Below are positions 11,476-24,572 of a stretch of DNA of 64,000 nucleotides, in pieces (within the stretch, counting starts at the first letter, position 1; the number at the start of each line of letters is the position of its first letter). Position numbers and translations under genes: made by a program. Source of the stretch: Phoronis australis (Eukaryota; Animalia; Phoronida); NCBI GenBank assembly GCA_002633005.1, contig NMRA01000022.1, positions 1,294,518 through 1,358,517 of the forward strand, written 5' to 3'. A model generated the notes under the pieces. The model searched no databases and had not been told where the DNA came from. It was given only the letters and a program-made list of their open reading frames with translations.

Positions 11476-14142
11476 CGATACGGCGTAAAATGTAACAATT
11501 TGGTAAAATGTAACAATTGTTACATTTTACTTTCCTAAGCCTCTCCTAAAATGTAACAATTGTTACATTTTACTTTCCTAAGCCTCTCCTAAAATGTAAC
11601 AAGTTGTTACATTTTATGTAGTTTTTACATTTCACGTCGAACGCACATGTAAGAAATGTACCATTGTTACATTTTACGAAACCACGTCATATTGCAAAGA
11701 AAATGACCAAAATCACAGCGGGGGTACTGGAGTTTTTTAGACAAAGACTGCTGCCTGAAAAATTTGAATACCTACTCGTTTAGAGAGTGGGCTCGAAGAA
11801 CAAAGTGACCAATTTAGAGACTAAGTTGTGTAAAAATTCACATTTTTGCATACTCCTTTTCCAGAAATCCTCAAAAGCAACCTTTTACATATAGTTTTGT
11901 CGAAAATGGCATCATTTTGGAGAGTATTTTTTCTCGGAAAAAGCACCCTTTTGGGTTGCACTTTTCGTATACATCATCATGAATTTAGCTATCTATTATC
12001 CTTTTTATCAGTATTGCATTTCTATCACTACTGTTACTGCTATTAATACTATTACTACTATCATTAATATTACTCGTTATCATTATTATTATTATCATTA
12101 TTGTTATTAATATTTTTGAAATTTATTTATTGAGGACACAATACATGTTTAGCAAAGTGCTAATACATCATGGTCCTCAAAGATTTTAAAATCATCTCAT
12201 TTATGTTTTCATCAGGCTTTCCAAAACGATTTTAAAGGGGCTCCTACATGTATGTTCAGCTTTAGCGATATTGTGAGGAACGTCTTGACAGCTATGGATG
12301 CAGAGTAGGCCTACTTTTTGGAAACGAGGAGGCTGAGATTTAAAATCTTGTTTAGGCGTGCACCAACTTCAAAAATTGACTATTTCTGAACTACCAGCAA
12401 GCACTGTGTTATTTGTAAATATAACTATATCCATCTGTAGTTTGCCACGAAGAACTGAATTCAGACCGTAACATTGTCTCTGCCTTGTTGAAAACATGCC
12501 TTGTCAAAGAATTGGGGATCGTTCCACGATGATAAGTAAGTCCTAAAATTGTGTTAAGTTGAACTCTGGAAGCAGACATTTTTCGAGAACTAACGACTGA
12601 TCGGCTGCGGTCACCGTGTCATTAGAACGGACATACAAAACACGCAACGACTTTTGTAGAATGGGTCACAATATTCTTAGAAAAGCACAGTGATTAAACA
12701 GAATGATTTGAACTAGGTTTTATTGAAAATGGATTGCATGGAACAAAAACCGCCAACGTGGAAGTCAGCAATGTTTAATATGAGCATTTAATGCAATGCA
12801 TCAAAAGGGTTAATATACCAAATTCCCTTTTCTGCGAGCTGCAACACAAAAAGTGGTGCCTCATGAGACACGTGATTTCAGTTCCATTAATAATAGAAAG
12901 TCCAATCTTTGTCCTTCTTTATATGTACTTCGATCTAACGACCATTGACCAAACAGCAATTTCAATTCACATTTTATCTTAAAAGATAATGGAAAGAGAA
13001 AGTTCATGATTTTATAGTCCGAAAGGCCGACAGTCAGCTTTTTGGACTATTTCCCCTTTAAACTAGCGACCTAGATCAGGTTTGAGCAAAATGATCGTGT
13101 CCATTCAGAGTGCAAAATATTTTCTATTTCGCCAGCTAGGTATCTCATTATTACATATACATGTCACGGTTTGACCTGCTGTTACCACCGCTATTTTAGA
13201 CAAGCTTGACATCACAGAAACAATGATATTGCTTTCGTTACTAGGCCGCCACTTGTTTAAGGTAATGGCTCGCCCTTCTCGAAGGCGATATTTTGCTGTT
13301 GCTTTGGCAAAATTTGTCAACCTGCCGGCAAATAAGTGCGTGCTTTTAATTCCTTCCACCAGGATGTCTTTAAGAAATTGTCATTAATAACTAAGGTAAT
13401 AGACAGCACCCGCCGGCATCAGAAACTTTGGTTTTGCTCCTTTTGTGTGAAGCAGGGAAATTGGTGCATGAATTATGACTCCAAGGCAATAAAACACTGG
13501 CCGAAATAAACCAAACTATCGTAGACTAAAACTGGTGTTTTTTCTATCAAATTGGCTTCCGAAATTGAATTCTTCATGAAAAATTTTGTTATTGTCGTTC
13601 GTTCCCGAAGAAATACGATAAATATTAACCAAATACGATGTCATTGTAAGTTGTTCTTACTGTAATGTCGAATACACAATTGGTTTATGAGCGCTAACAA
13701 ATGATTGCAAGAACGCTTTAACGTTAAAAAACTTACCTGATCCTGGAAACTCATTTTGTTTGCAGACAAAACTGTACTCTATACATTTTTACTATACCAT
13801 AAAACTACTCATGTTGAAAAGACATGGAAAGAACATAGGGGCACATCTATAAAGTCGACCTGGCACATTTGATAGAATTTCAATCACACAATCCGAGAAA
13901 GAAGGCGTTAAGTGTGTCAGCGGTTTTCCTCCGTGTGACAAATACCATGCAAACTCATGAAATATGACGTCGCTTTCGTAAAATGTAACAATGCTACATT
14001 TCTCGCAAGTGTATTCCACGTGAATTGTAACAATTTCATAAAATGTTACAACTTGTTACATTTTAGGAGAGGCAACGTAAAACGTAACAATGACATAAAA
14101 TGTAACAATTGTTACGAAATTGTCACATTTTATGGCGCATCA
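11476..14142. mobile_element. unclassified TIR DNA transposon with 6-bp TSD and AAAATGTAACAATTGTTACATTTT subterminal arrays
   Basis: Imperfect inverted ends of ~200 bp (11476-11700 vs 13955-14142). Flanks gggcat (11470-11475) and gggcgt (14143-14148). No intact internal ORF. Confidence 0.75.
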
Positions 14143-15001
14143 GGGCGTCGATTAATTTTCTCACCGACTATTGAAGGAGAATGTAAAGATACGCGCCCGA
14201 CTTTGCGGCTTTTTATACGCGGATCAAATGCTTTATTTCGATGTTTAAAATCCAAAATTCGATTGATTTAATCAGAATTTTATTTGCAAAATCCAGGTCT
14301 ATCAACTTTAAGGCCGTCTGATTGCAATGCGCCAAAACAATGTGAATATTATTTTTTAACAAAAAATAGTATGTGATATTATCCTCTAACACTGAGCGCA
14401 AGTCGGAGCATTGTACGAAGTAATCCGATTATGTTAGGAAATTTAAGTGTTCCATCAAAATCGATACACTAGAAAAACAACTGACATGTTTACGATAACA
14501 TGTATTCTACCTTTCCCCTCGTACACTGCGACCTACGTTCACGTTTTTTCCTTTGAATAGGTATTCGCCTGGAAAATTGATTTGAGTTCACGGTTTATGC
14601 AGGGTTAATATGATAGTTCATTCAAGCTGTTACCGAATTAATCTGTATAGTTTAGAATAATTGATAATATATTTCAAGTGTGAACAGTATTCACTCCTCA
14701 GTTAATAGCACGTGCATCAACAGAGGACACGTTAAATCTACAGCAATAAAGTTGGAGTTCGTCTATACTTGGGTGAAGCGGAAATTTCTTATTCTCAAAA
14801 ATAATCAAGAGTTTCTCTCAAACAGCCGCGCTGTTCATATTTTTAATTTGTGTCAGGCACTGTTTTTTCAACGATATATTTGACTGTTCAATATTAAAGT
14901 TTAAGTTTTGCCAAGAGAATGTTTTAACTAATATTTCATTAGTATAAAAGTTATTCTTATGAAATGGTGCCTCGAATATTTTCCCTTTTGTCCTTGTTTA
15001 T

Positions 15002-15277
15002 CCAAATAGGGAACAATGTTACATTGGTCAAACGGTTTGCAGTCTTTCCCGTCGGTTATCCATGCATCTTCAAAATGGCGCCATTCAAGATCATTTTCTG
15101 CAATACCACGCACGTAAAATCACCCGTCAAGAAATTGTGGAAAACACGTCAATTCGCTACGTGGAGCAAGATGTGCTGCGTTTGAAAGTATTAGAGTCCC
15201 TTTTAATTGCTTTTGAGAAGCCTATTTTGAATGAGCAGCAAACAGGGTCGCGCCGCACGTTACACTTGTTTGCGTGA
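15002..15277 (+). mobile_element. Penelope-like retroelement 3' fragment (GIY-YIG endonuclease C-terminal half)
   Basis: In-frame PNREQCYIGQTVCSLSRRLSMHLQNGAIQDHF...RLKVLESLLIAFEKPILNEQ: YIG motif, conserved Arg, catalytic Glu and P-x-L-N. 5'-truncated. Confidence 0.85.
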
Positions 15278-15393
15278 CTTTCCTGTTACCCTAATTCTTT
15301 AGTCATTCTTTGCAGTATTTCACACCCGCCGTGTCTCACTGTGTGTGTCGTCAGCTTATACTCTGTGGTGGCATTACTGCGTCATTTTATCTT

Positions 15394-15430
15394 CACTTGT
15401 GAATGAAACAAGTATGTTTCGAAATATCGT
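15394..15430 (+). ncRNA. degenerate hammerhead-like motif in the Penelope pseudo-LTR
   Basis: cac-ttgtgaat-[gaaaca agta tgtttc]-gaaatatc-gt: stem II, GAAA and a palindromic AUAU stem III, with a variant first core box. Confidence 0.4.
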
Positions 15431-16720
15431 ATGTCTTTTAACGATGTCGCTATGTCAGTTACTGTACCTATGTTCAGTTGAGAGTAGAGTTTTGTTCCTA
15501 AAGTATGAACGCAACGGAATAAAGACTGTGAACAATGAAAAGTATCGTGCATTTAACAAATTCTGTATAAGAGAAAACTTGCATCCGAAGTACAGTCAAG
15601 TAAGGGAAAAGATAGCATATGTTATTGTTATATTTGGTTTCAAGGTGAAGTAAATGTGTCTCAGGAGAAAGAGCTTTAAACAAATGCGTCTATGAGTCAC
15701 CACTGAACGCCTGCTAACCTACCAGTAGAGGTTTTTCAAGTCGTATTCACTGCTCTGCCCGAAAAATATTTTTAAGAAACCTTTCTGGTGAAACCTTTAT
15801 AGACCCAGCTACACTCAAATGCCTAATATAATAATTTCCGGGTGCCCGATTGTAGACTAGGCCAAATGCGTGGTACTGTTTAAATCGGTGCTGAATGAAA
15901 TCACTTATTTAATGACAAGTTTCCTTTCAATGGACAAAGCTTGCTCATACTATTCCGTAATGTCATCCAGTCATCTACAAACATCTCACAATACAATAGG
16001 GGTGGACTGTCATGTTTCTTGCACAGCACTGCTCTTGCCCAAGGCATACGTTGCATTTCGACTTCTATATTCACTCTAAATTTGCAATGCCCACATCAAC
16101 ACTGCTTCGACCAATGGGAATAAGGGTACTATTACCCCCTGGTTTTAGCAGAAAGGATTACGGATCTTTATATGGAAAAGTACCATCAGGCATTACAGTC
16201 GAATTGTTGCGGCATTTATAAACTGGAATTGTTTGTCAATATATCCTGTTCTCCGCCGACTCGGCTCTTTGGAACTAAATGTGTGTGTTGTGTTGGACTT
16301 CTTGTTCAGTCACTTCGAATAAAATTTGGTGAACTCTTTGTCAGTTGATCCGAACAGCCTTACTGTTTTTCTAAGAATGTAATTCCTCACACGTCTCGTG
16401 GATCCAATAAACTCAGTTCACCGACCCACAAGAGCGACTCACACACTCCCTAGCACGATGCCGGTCTAATGCGTTTAACACACAATTCCCACCCGACTCA
16501 CAAACACCTTCACTGACCGCCTAACACGGTACATGTACAGTATATTAAGTTTTTGTTTGCTTGTTATTTTTTATATAAGTCATGTTTTTGTATGTCTGCA
16601 GTCTTGCTTGCTGGTCGCTCGCTATCCAGTGTTTTTGGCCGGCCACGAACTTGCGAGTCGGCGATCTGAATTTATCGGGTCCGTAATACGTGTTTATGAA
16701 CGACGAACTACCATATTTGT

Positions 16721-16942
16721 AACTATCATTAAAATTTCTAGGTGTATTTACACTGACCTCTTGTCTATTTACATTGTCACGACGCTTCGGTCGGTCTATT
16801 CTCCGGCCATCGTCATGTGTTCCTGCGTTCTTAGAAGAACGAGCACCTGACGATGGTCGGAGAATAGACTGACCGAAACGTCGTGACAATGTAAATAGAC
16901 AAGAGGTCGGTATAAACAGACCAAGAAATTTTAATAATAGTT
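16721..16942. repeat. 222-bp near-perfect palindrome of two inverted Penelope-type pLTR/hammerhead segments
   Basis: Arms 16721-16822 and 16841-16942 align without gaps, with 11 mismatches in 102 nt. Confidence 0.9.
16844..16885 (+). ncRNA. minimal type I hammerhead ribozyme (Penelope/retrozyme type)
   Basis: cac-CTGACGA-t-[ggtcgg agaataga ctgacc]-GAAACGTC-gtg: intact core, 6-bp stem II, palindromic ACGU stem III, cac/gtg stem I. Predicted cleavage after C16882. Confidence 0.75.
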
Positions 16943-19900
16943 GTAACACGCCACCATCTTAGAGCGGTTTTAGAAAGTCATTATTATACCACACTTATGA
17001 TTACAACAGCTTTGTTGTTCTGGCAACAATGGAGAACGATTGTCTCTAATCCCCTGCCTTAAAGATAGTAGATAGGATACCTTGTGGTAGCGCAGTTGAC
17101 AAAAGATTGCTCAGGAGTCTTTACAGGTTGCGCATCAAAATTGCAACTGCGATCCAGTCTCGGGCCAGTAAACTCCAACAGCACATTTTGAGCGTGCGCT
17201 GGGACTCTCATTTCTATTGGGACGTGAGTTCTAAAATGTGTTTCACTCGCAACTACTTGATTGTTTTCTTTCAGCGTCCGTCAGGAAAAAGCAGTGAGGT
17301 ACCGGAATAATAGCTGACGTCACACCTCTAGTTTTCAATGATTGTATTGACTGATGGGCTGAAGCTCAATAGCCAGCAGCCGCTAAGTTCTAGCGTTTAT
17401 AGTTTTATGGTAACTGTTTTTACCGTGACCACTGGCGCAGCCCATAGTATTCAGCCAGGAGGAAGAACATGAAATTTTTGGAACGCTTGATATAAGAAGC
17501 AATTGGGGTTAATGAACATCCCCCCCCCCACCTCCCTAGTGGCAACGCGAGGGGATGTGACTTAGTAAATTTTTGGGAAAAGGTATTTTCCTACGGAGCC
17601 CAAATATACTTTCAACTCTGGTTCAAGTGAAAGACACAGGGAAGATTAGGCACATGAGTGTTTCAACTTCGTCCACTGGCATCCCAGTTAAAAGTTATGT
17701 TGACGAAGCACTACTACACACTGTATACCGGTACATGTACCTACCTATTGATACACCAGCGAATCCAAGAATAAATTAGGGTGGTGTACTGCGCTAAGGA
17801 CGTCTACTCTCCACCAAGCCATTGTCCAATACTTTACAATACTTTACACGTGCGCCGCCGATACTCCAAGCCCGGGACCAGATTTTTCAACCGACTACGG
17901 TCCGGGCTTTGAGTTCAGTTAATAATGTGCTCGCTTTTTTCATCCATCACGAATATGAAAACATGAAAACCAATTTGCAACAACAATTCATCATTACCTT
18001 TTATTCTTGCAAGATATTGTCTTTGGAAGTTTTCCCTCTATTGCGATTTCTTCAGAAAATTGTCCTTAAAGAGTATGTGTCTGGACTGTCGATCTATTAT
18101 TCCTTAAACGACGTTTGGTTCCCTGTCAAGGGTTCTTTCAATTGAAAACAAGGAGTTAATTAAGTAAGTTTTACGACACATTAAAAACCCAGTGCGCGAT
18201 CATTGCTGGAATATAAATGTACCGCAACAAGAAGCGTCCGAAGTGCAGCTAAGAAAACTAATTCAACAGTTTTGTATATACGTTTATCTGGGACAATATT
18301 TTGCTGATGCGGTGATTCGAGCTAAGTTAGATAAGTTAGAAAAATAGAGTGCGGTTGAGATACTTATTGTGAGATAAAATAATTATGTACAAAACCAATA
18401 GTGTAATACGTATGTAAAAATCCTTTTCCTAACACAACAAAGATGGGCGACAAAAAACGCCTGTACATTTAATTTCCGAAAAGTAAGCAAAAAGGAAATT
18501 TATCAACCATAAATTTGCATTAACTTGATAAAACCCATAATCAACATTTGATTATTTTCAGGTTGTTCAAAAATAAAACACTGTCATTTTAAACAGAACA
18601 AAGCTTTATCTGGGGCGCGCGTTCCAAATTGATGAAAAGGAAAATCTTTAAGGATTAAAACGGTAAGAAAAGCCCATTGTGTACTAGTTTCGCACGCTAC
18701 TTGGAAACTAATAGATCATCGACAGGCACATCGTCAAGAAATCTATTTTACGAAATACAATTCACATTTCGTGTAAGACATTGAAATCACAAAGAAAACT
18801 AATGATCCCGGGATTTTCTTGTCGCTTGATAGCCCCTGGGGCAGACGTGGCTCTCAAGTGTACCCCCACAACACGAAGGTAGCCATTAAACGGGTTTCGT
18901 CAGAAAACCTACTGACGGTTATAATGTGGCATGACAGACTCGTTGAATTACCTAAGTGGCTATGCGTATCATTACAAAACAAACAGTGTAGCTCTGGGGA
19001 TTTGCACGCGTTTGTATTTTACATGTATTTAGCTTTTAAAGATAATAACATTTATTTTAAATGCTTTCTCAATCTGTTTCATGTGGTTTATATTTGTATC
19101 ATCACGAACGGTATAAAATGACCAAATTTCTGGGGTATGTTTTTATATCATAATATTTGCGATGTTTATTTCATGTCCCATATATCGATTTGATCTAGGG
19201 TATGTGCTTCATATTTCTAGCCATTCCATGGATAACTTGTTTGATCGCGTCACCCTAGTCTTTATCGCATAACGAAAAAGCAAAAGGGACGAACTGTGGT
19301 AGTATTCTCATTCTGCAAGACGAACATGCGTTTTTCGTTCAAAAGGGGACACGTGTCATTAAAAATTTCATAATTTATTATGTGTTGTGTTGCAATCGAA
19401 TGAACGTGGAGTAAAAAAATAAAGCCCATTTGAACGCGATTCCTGTGCACGTTTAGAAAGATTTCGTAAAAATGAAACCGGCGAATTAATCGTACCGTAC
19501 TGTACATGTTCTCTTCCATTGTATTTGGATTATTCCTAAGCTCTCAAGTGTGAATCACAATGTGCATATCAATCTTGAAATTTGAAGTCGTGCCCATTTC
19601 TGTCCAGGCTAGTTATGGTTGTGACCCATTAAACAGGTCGTGTGTCTGTGTTTCCTTCAAATGCTTGACTTTTAGAGGGACACTCGGTTTTAGGGCCGAA
19701 AACGCATTTATGGGACACTGCTAGATGGGATAGACCTCTTTCGGTTGACAAGAGCTATAAAACAACAAAATCCGTTGTGTTTTGTTTTTATATTACAAGT
19801 CGCTTATTCTCAAAACTTTTCTTTATTTGCATGCATTTTTGACAGAGTGAAGAAAGGGTGAAGAGTCCATTGACGTGTGTTCTGACAGGCAAACCCCTGT

Positions 19901-19954
19901 GAGAACTGTTTAGTGCCTCCTATGGGACCTTGGCTAGATTTTAGCTAGGTCTTA

Positions 19955-20100
19955 GCGTAGGTCCTAGCGTTACTGAACGCACTCCCGGTCCTCGACCGCT
20001 GAGCTCCCGAGTTCGAGTCCGTCTTTGCTCTGATCTAAAAAATTCGCTCATTGTGTCACTTTGAGCGAATAATTCGCCACAAAGATGTCACTTACTGTAT
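19955..20100 (+). mobile_element. degenerate tRNA-derived SINE head
   Basis: B-box-like gagttcgagtcc at 20009-20020, followed by a ttgtgtcactttgagc core-like segment. No TSD found. Confidence 0.35.
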
Positions 20101-22759
20101 TACAGTGTTAATAAACCTGGCGTAACAAAACGTGATAATGAGTCGAAAGATGATGCCCTTGTGAACGAGTATAGCAACTCATAACACTCAGCCAACAGGT
20201 CTTTAAAAGACGCCAATCCCACAGTTGCTGATGGTTAAACCTTCCTCTTTTTATCCATGTTTTATTCCCACTTTCCGAAAAAAAACGACCGCCTTTGATG
20301 AACAACGTATTAATTGCACAATGGATTTTTTAGATAAAAAATCACCAACTTTCAGTCGGCCGGGTAACGATAATTTCGAAAATCCCCGAAGCGTGTTACT
20401 ACGCACATCATCTGTTACTTACGGCTACGACGGTTGCTGAGCTATATCTGAAGTCAAAATTTTCCAGACAAATTTTGTCAAAAGTTTAAGATAACTTCAG
20501 CCATTTTAGAGTCTCAAACATCATCACATACAGCATGAAAAAAACTGGCTGAGTGGTATTCTATTCAACGTGTTAAGACATTTCAAACCAATGACTTACT
20601 TTGAGATTTGTCTCTTTGTATTTCGGAGCAGTTTTTCAAGTAATTTTATATTTCTCTCCTTTTCATGTTGTTGTGATTATTTTTTTAATGTGCTTTCGAC
20701 ATTACACTTCAGAGACCCTCACATTTTGAGATTTGAAGCAATTCCTGTATTTCGTGCAGTGGGTGTTATCTATTACTTGAATATATCTACCTAAGTGTTG
20801 CTGCTGGAATAACGACGCTTATTTTTGAAGCTTTTTCCACAATAATGTCGCGTTAACGAACTTTTATAAGTTTAGCAGTAACCATGCCTTCAGACAGAGA
20901 TTCGCGGTCGATTTGAAGTATGCGAATTAATTGGATAAACGGAAAGACACAACCTTCCACCAACAAAGACGCTTCAGTTTCTAAACTATTCTTAGTTGGA
21001 GGTCTGAGATATCATGATAACAATTTGTGTCAGAGAAGAGTCTATTTTTGTCTGGTTCACCAGTTTATTCCACTAAAATTTAAAGTGTCAGAAAAGTTGC
21101 AAAAATATTAGCTAATCCCAGTTCCGACGGCCCAGTGACGATAAGGCACGACTAAACGTCTGCGAAGACACGAGCATTATAGGTGGCGGGACAAACAGCT
21201 CTCAGTGTGTTGTCAACAAAGGTTAAACGATCAGGGAAAATTGTGGTTTGACAGTAAACACCCACTCGTAGGGCTGAAATCTGTTCAACAAGCCCTCGAA
21301 CTCCGCTGGTATAATTGATTAAATATCATTTCAATTGTTGCCGCCGTATTGTGTGGCAAGATGCTGTTGCGTAATTGTAAGTACGTCTATGAGGATTTAG
21401 TTTATAATTATTTGAGCTAATTTAAGCCTCCTGTGTTCATCGCAGCTTGTGCTGTGCTCGAGGCAGAAGAACACGTGCCACAGCTATGTTGGCGAGCAAT
21501 ACATGTCACAATTTACACATATTTTATCATTAGTTTTGGTAGTCTATAAATCTAAATCTACTCTTCCAACCCCTTGTCTGCAGTGTGCATAAGTTGTACA
21601 AAAGGTTTTTCCTTCTAAAAAGCAATAGTCTTGCGCTTTAGCTGGCCGTAGCACTGGTTTGCAGAGTTTTATCATATTCACAAAAAACTGACACTCGCGC
21701 TTCTGACAAAAGCCGTTTTCATAACTAATTGGGTGTCAATGAGATTGAATGATGTCCGCTTTTTATAACAATACGTGGCGTATGAGAGGGAGGGTTTCAG
21801 CTCGTCTACGATTAAAAAATAATGCAAATTATGCAAAAACGTCTGTGGGAAACTTGTAAAAATCATTTCATAACTATGAGGTTCCACGAGCAAAACCTGA
21901 GGATCGGTAATTCAAGAAAAAGTGTTCGTGTTCGTGTTCATATGCGTGTGTGTTTAGGTTGTGTTCTGGTTATTTACTTGACGGATCAATAACGCACAGG
22001 TTCATTCTATCTCATTAAAACGGTTGCGGGCCACTATATATTCAGAATTTTGTCTAACGATCATGTTTTTTTTTTGTCATCACTTAGATTTTGTTTTCTA
22101 ATTTGTTTTATTTTCCTCCAGTTTGGCGCATTGACCTCAATTGCTTTTAAGTAGAAAATACATGAATATTGTTTTGAATTTTTTCTCACGACGGAAGCCT
22201 TTGTAATGACGGGTTGGCCGTTATTTTATCTGTTACACGAAAAGTCGCCTATCCTTTTCCCATTAATTCTCCAAAACTATAAAAATGTAGTCTATATTGT
22301 GAATTTATTTCGTGCATTCCAAATGATTTCCAGGGGAAACCCTTGGCTACGCTACGGTAAACTACAGCTATCAATGCTTAAACTTACATAACGGCACGCG
22401 CTCCACGCCACAGTCACGACACAAGGCAACTTCCCGCAAAGAAGACACTTTAGAATGTCTTACGGGGTTTCCGCAAACACACGAAAAACGCGTTCGTGTC
22501 ACCTAAAGGTGGTCGTTATCTCGTCGCTGACACGTGCGGATCTTTAAGCTTCTGCACAGCAATTTATTCGAGTGCCTTTACAAATAGTAGGCTTTGCTTC
22601 ATCGAGGGGATTCTTTAAAAAACACTGCATAATAGCCCCCACTATCTAGCACTTATCAAATATTGTATATTGTGTGTGAATACAACGTACAATTTCTTGT
22701 ACGCTATTTTTAGAACCCTTAAATGCATTACTTTTTGTGTACGTTCAACCAGTTTCAGA

Positions 22760-23130
22760 TAGTTGTATCGTGGTATGTACAGAAATCAGAATGAAACAGT
22801 CAAAACACCTTTCGGGGGTTATTGCTGGATCAACGATGGACGTATTCAAGTTATTAGCTTCGGATGGAGCTATAAAACATAAAGATCCCGGAAATCGAGG
22901 TATAGACCTTATTAGCTGTGTGTTGTAGTTGCAGAAAATGACGCCTGCGGTGGTGCTCATGAAATCTGGACGTAATAAAAAAGTCAAGAAAGATGATCTC
23001 GTGGGTGTGTGCGAGAAGAGAGTAGCTGATGCTCCTTGGTAGAATAAGCATTTTGGAACGAAGTTTAGTGGTGGACTGGCTTTCCAGGTGAAATGAACAG
23101 TCCCAGAAATGTCAAGTTTACTCGGCCTCT
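22760..23130 (+). mobile_element. decayed RTE-clade LINE reverse-transcriptase fragments
   Basis: Broken frames LYRGMYRNQNETVKTPFG, GAHEIWT**K, VCEKRVADAPW*NK and WTG resemble RTE RT/C-terminal motifs. Confidence 0.4.
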
Positions 23131-23705
23131 GGTGTGTTAGCATTCTTTAATCGTCTTGCGGCAGTAGACAAATTGACATGCTCGCGTTCGATTAGTTTTA
23201 ATCGACAATTCATAATTAGTTTGGAACACTTAAAATGTTTTCCGTGGTTGACTAATCAACCGATCGGCTTCCTTGCTGCCTCAAAATCAAAATAAATCGA
23301 ATGATCTCTGCCAAACACAAATTACAAAACCCGCTTTCAATAACCAAATCCACTTTGTAAACTCGATAACGTGAGAATCATGACTGCTAACATAAGTAAT
23401 TTTGGGCTACTTTACCAGGGCAATGTGATTTTCGATATATGGAACATTAAGTTTATTTGTGAGGGGCAAAGTAACCTTGAGAGTACGGGGGGTACTTGAA
23501 ACCCACGTGGTTCAAGACAGGTTGACACATTTTGTCCTCGAAGATTTTTGAAAAAACAAACGCGAAATAAAAACGCATTCACGCAAAGAAATCTAACTAG
23601 TTTCAGGAAAAATATACGAGCTACTGTTGAAGAGTTTGCTGAGAAAATATGTGTAATTCTGCTTAAGTGTCAGTTTGCCTGTGTAGCTGGCTACAAATGA
23701 TAAAT

Positions 23706-24572
23706 ATAGATTATTACATGTCGAAGTCGTTATCCCCGGTTATCTACAGCCCGAGTGGATTTTGGAGAATTATCGCACGAGGAGCGTTAGCCCCGAGGGT
23801 GATAATTCTCCAAAATCCAAGAGGATTCTAGATAAGGGGGATAACGACTGAGAACATGTAATAATCTATTCATACCACATACTGAACGAGAAATGAATCG
23901 ATCTACCTTTCTCGACTCGCCTCGGCTTTGTAACTACTTTCTATGTCAGAGGCCCGGGGTCTGAGGTCGTACCCTTTTAAGAAAAGACGAGCTATTTTTG
24001 TCAAATAATGCTTATATTCAGAAGCAATTGAAAATTTAAACAAAACAGGAACAAAGTGAATCTATAAATTAAGGTTTAGCAACTATCATAGGTTACTACA
24101 CATTTTATCACGCCAACCTTCGACCGGGAAAATATCGTCTGCTAAAGTAGGTCACCACTACTAACTGACTATAACGCTCAAGTCAAAGGATCCCGACGAC
24201 ACGATACCCGCATTCAAATTGGGAGATCGATGATTTACAAGTGAGAATACACGAGAGAAAAATTTTTCACTGGATTAAAATATCGTTTTTATGGAAATAA
24301 TGCCTCTTATTTTTCATAGCGTATTATTGTCGGTGCAATGCCCTTTGCTGAACATGCGATTGTTGCGCGTGCTCATTTAAGTATTCTATTTTCACGTTTG
24401 ATGATGCCAGCCGCTGAGTGGTGTAGAGGTAAAGTTGGCGACTCGAAACTCTTGAGGCCCGTGTTCCAATCCGGCCTCGGTTTCCGGCCAAAATGTTATC
24501 TCACTAGTGAGATAGCTTTATGGGTTATTACACGGTTGTATCTGCCGTTCGAGGCTTATATTGTGGTATAAT
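23706..24572. mobile_element. Crypton-like non-autonomous element with a long terminal hairpin
   Basis: 164-bp imperfect palindrome at 23706-23869, followed by ataccaca (23872-23879), whose inverse tgtggtat lies at 24562-24569. No TSD. Confidence 0.55.

Noticed and set aside
16533-16949. 105-aa and 134-aa ORFs across the palindrome
   Set aside because: No domain similarity; they are by-products of the repeat.
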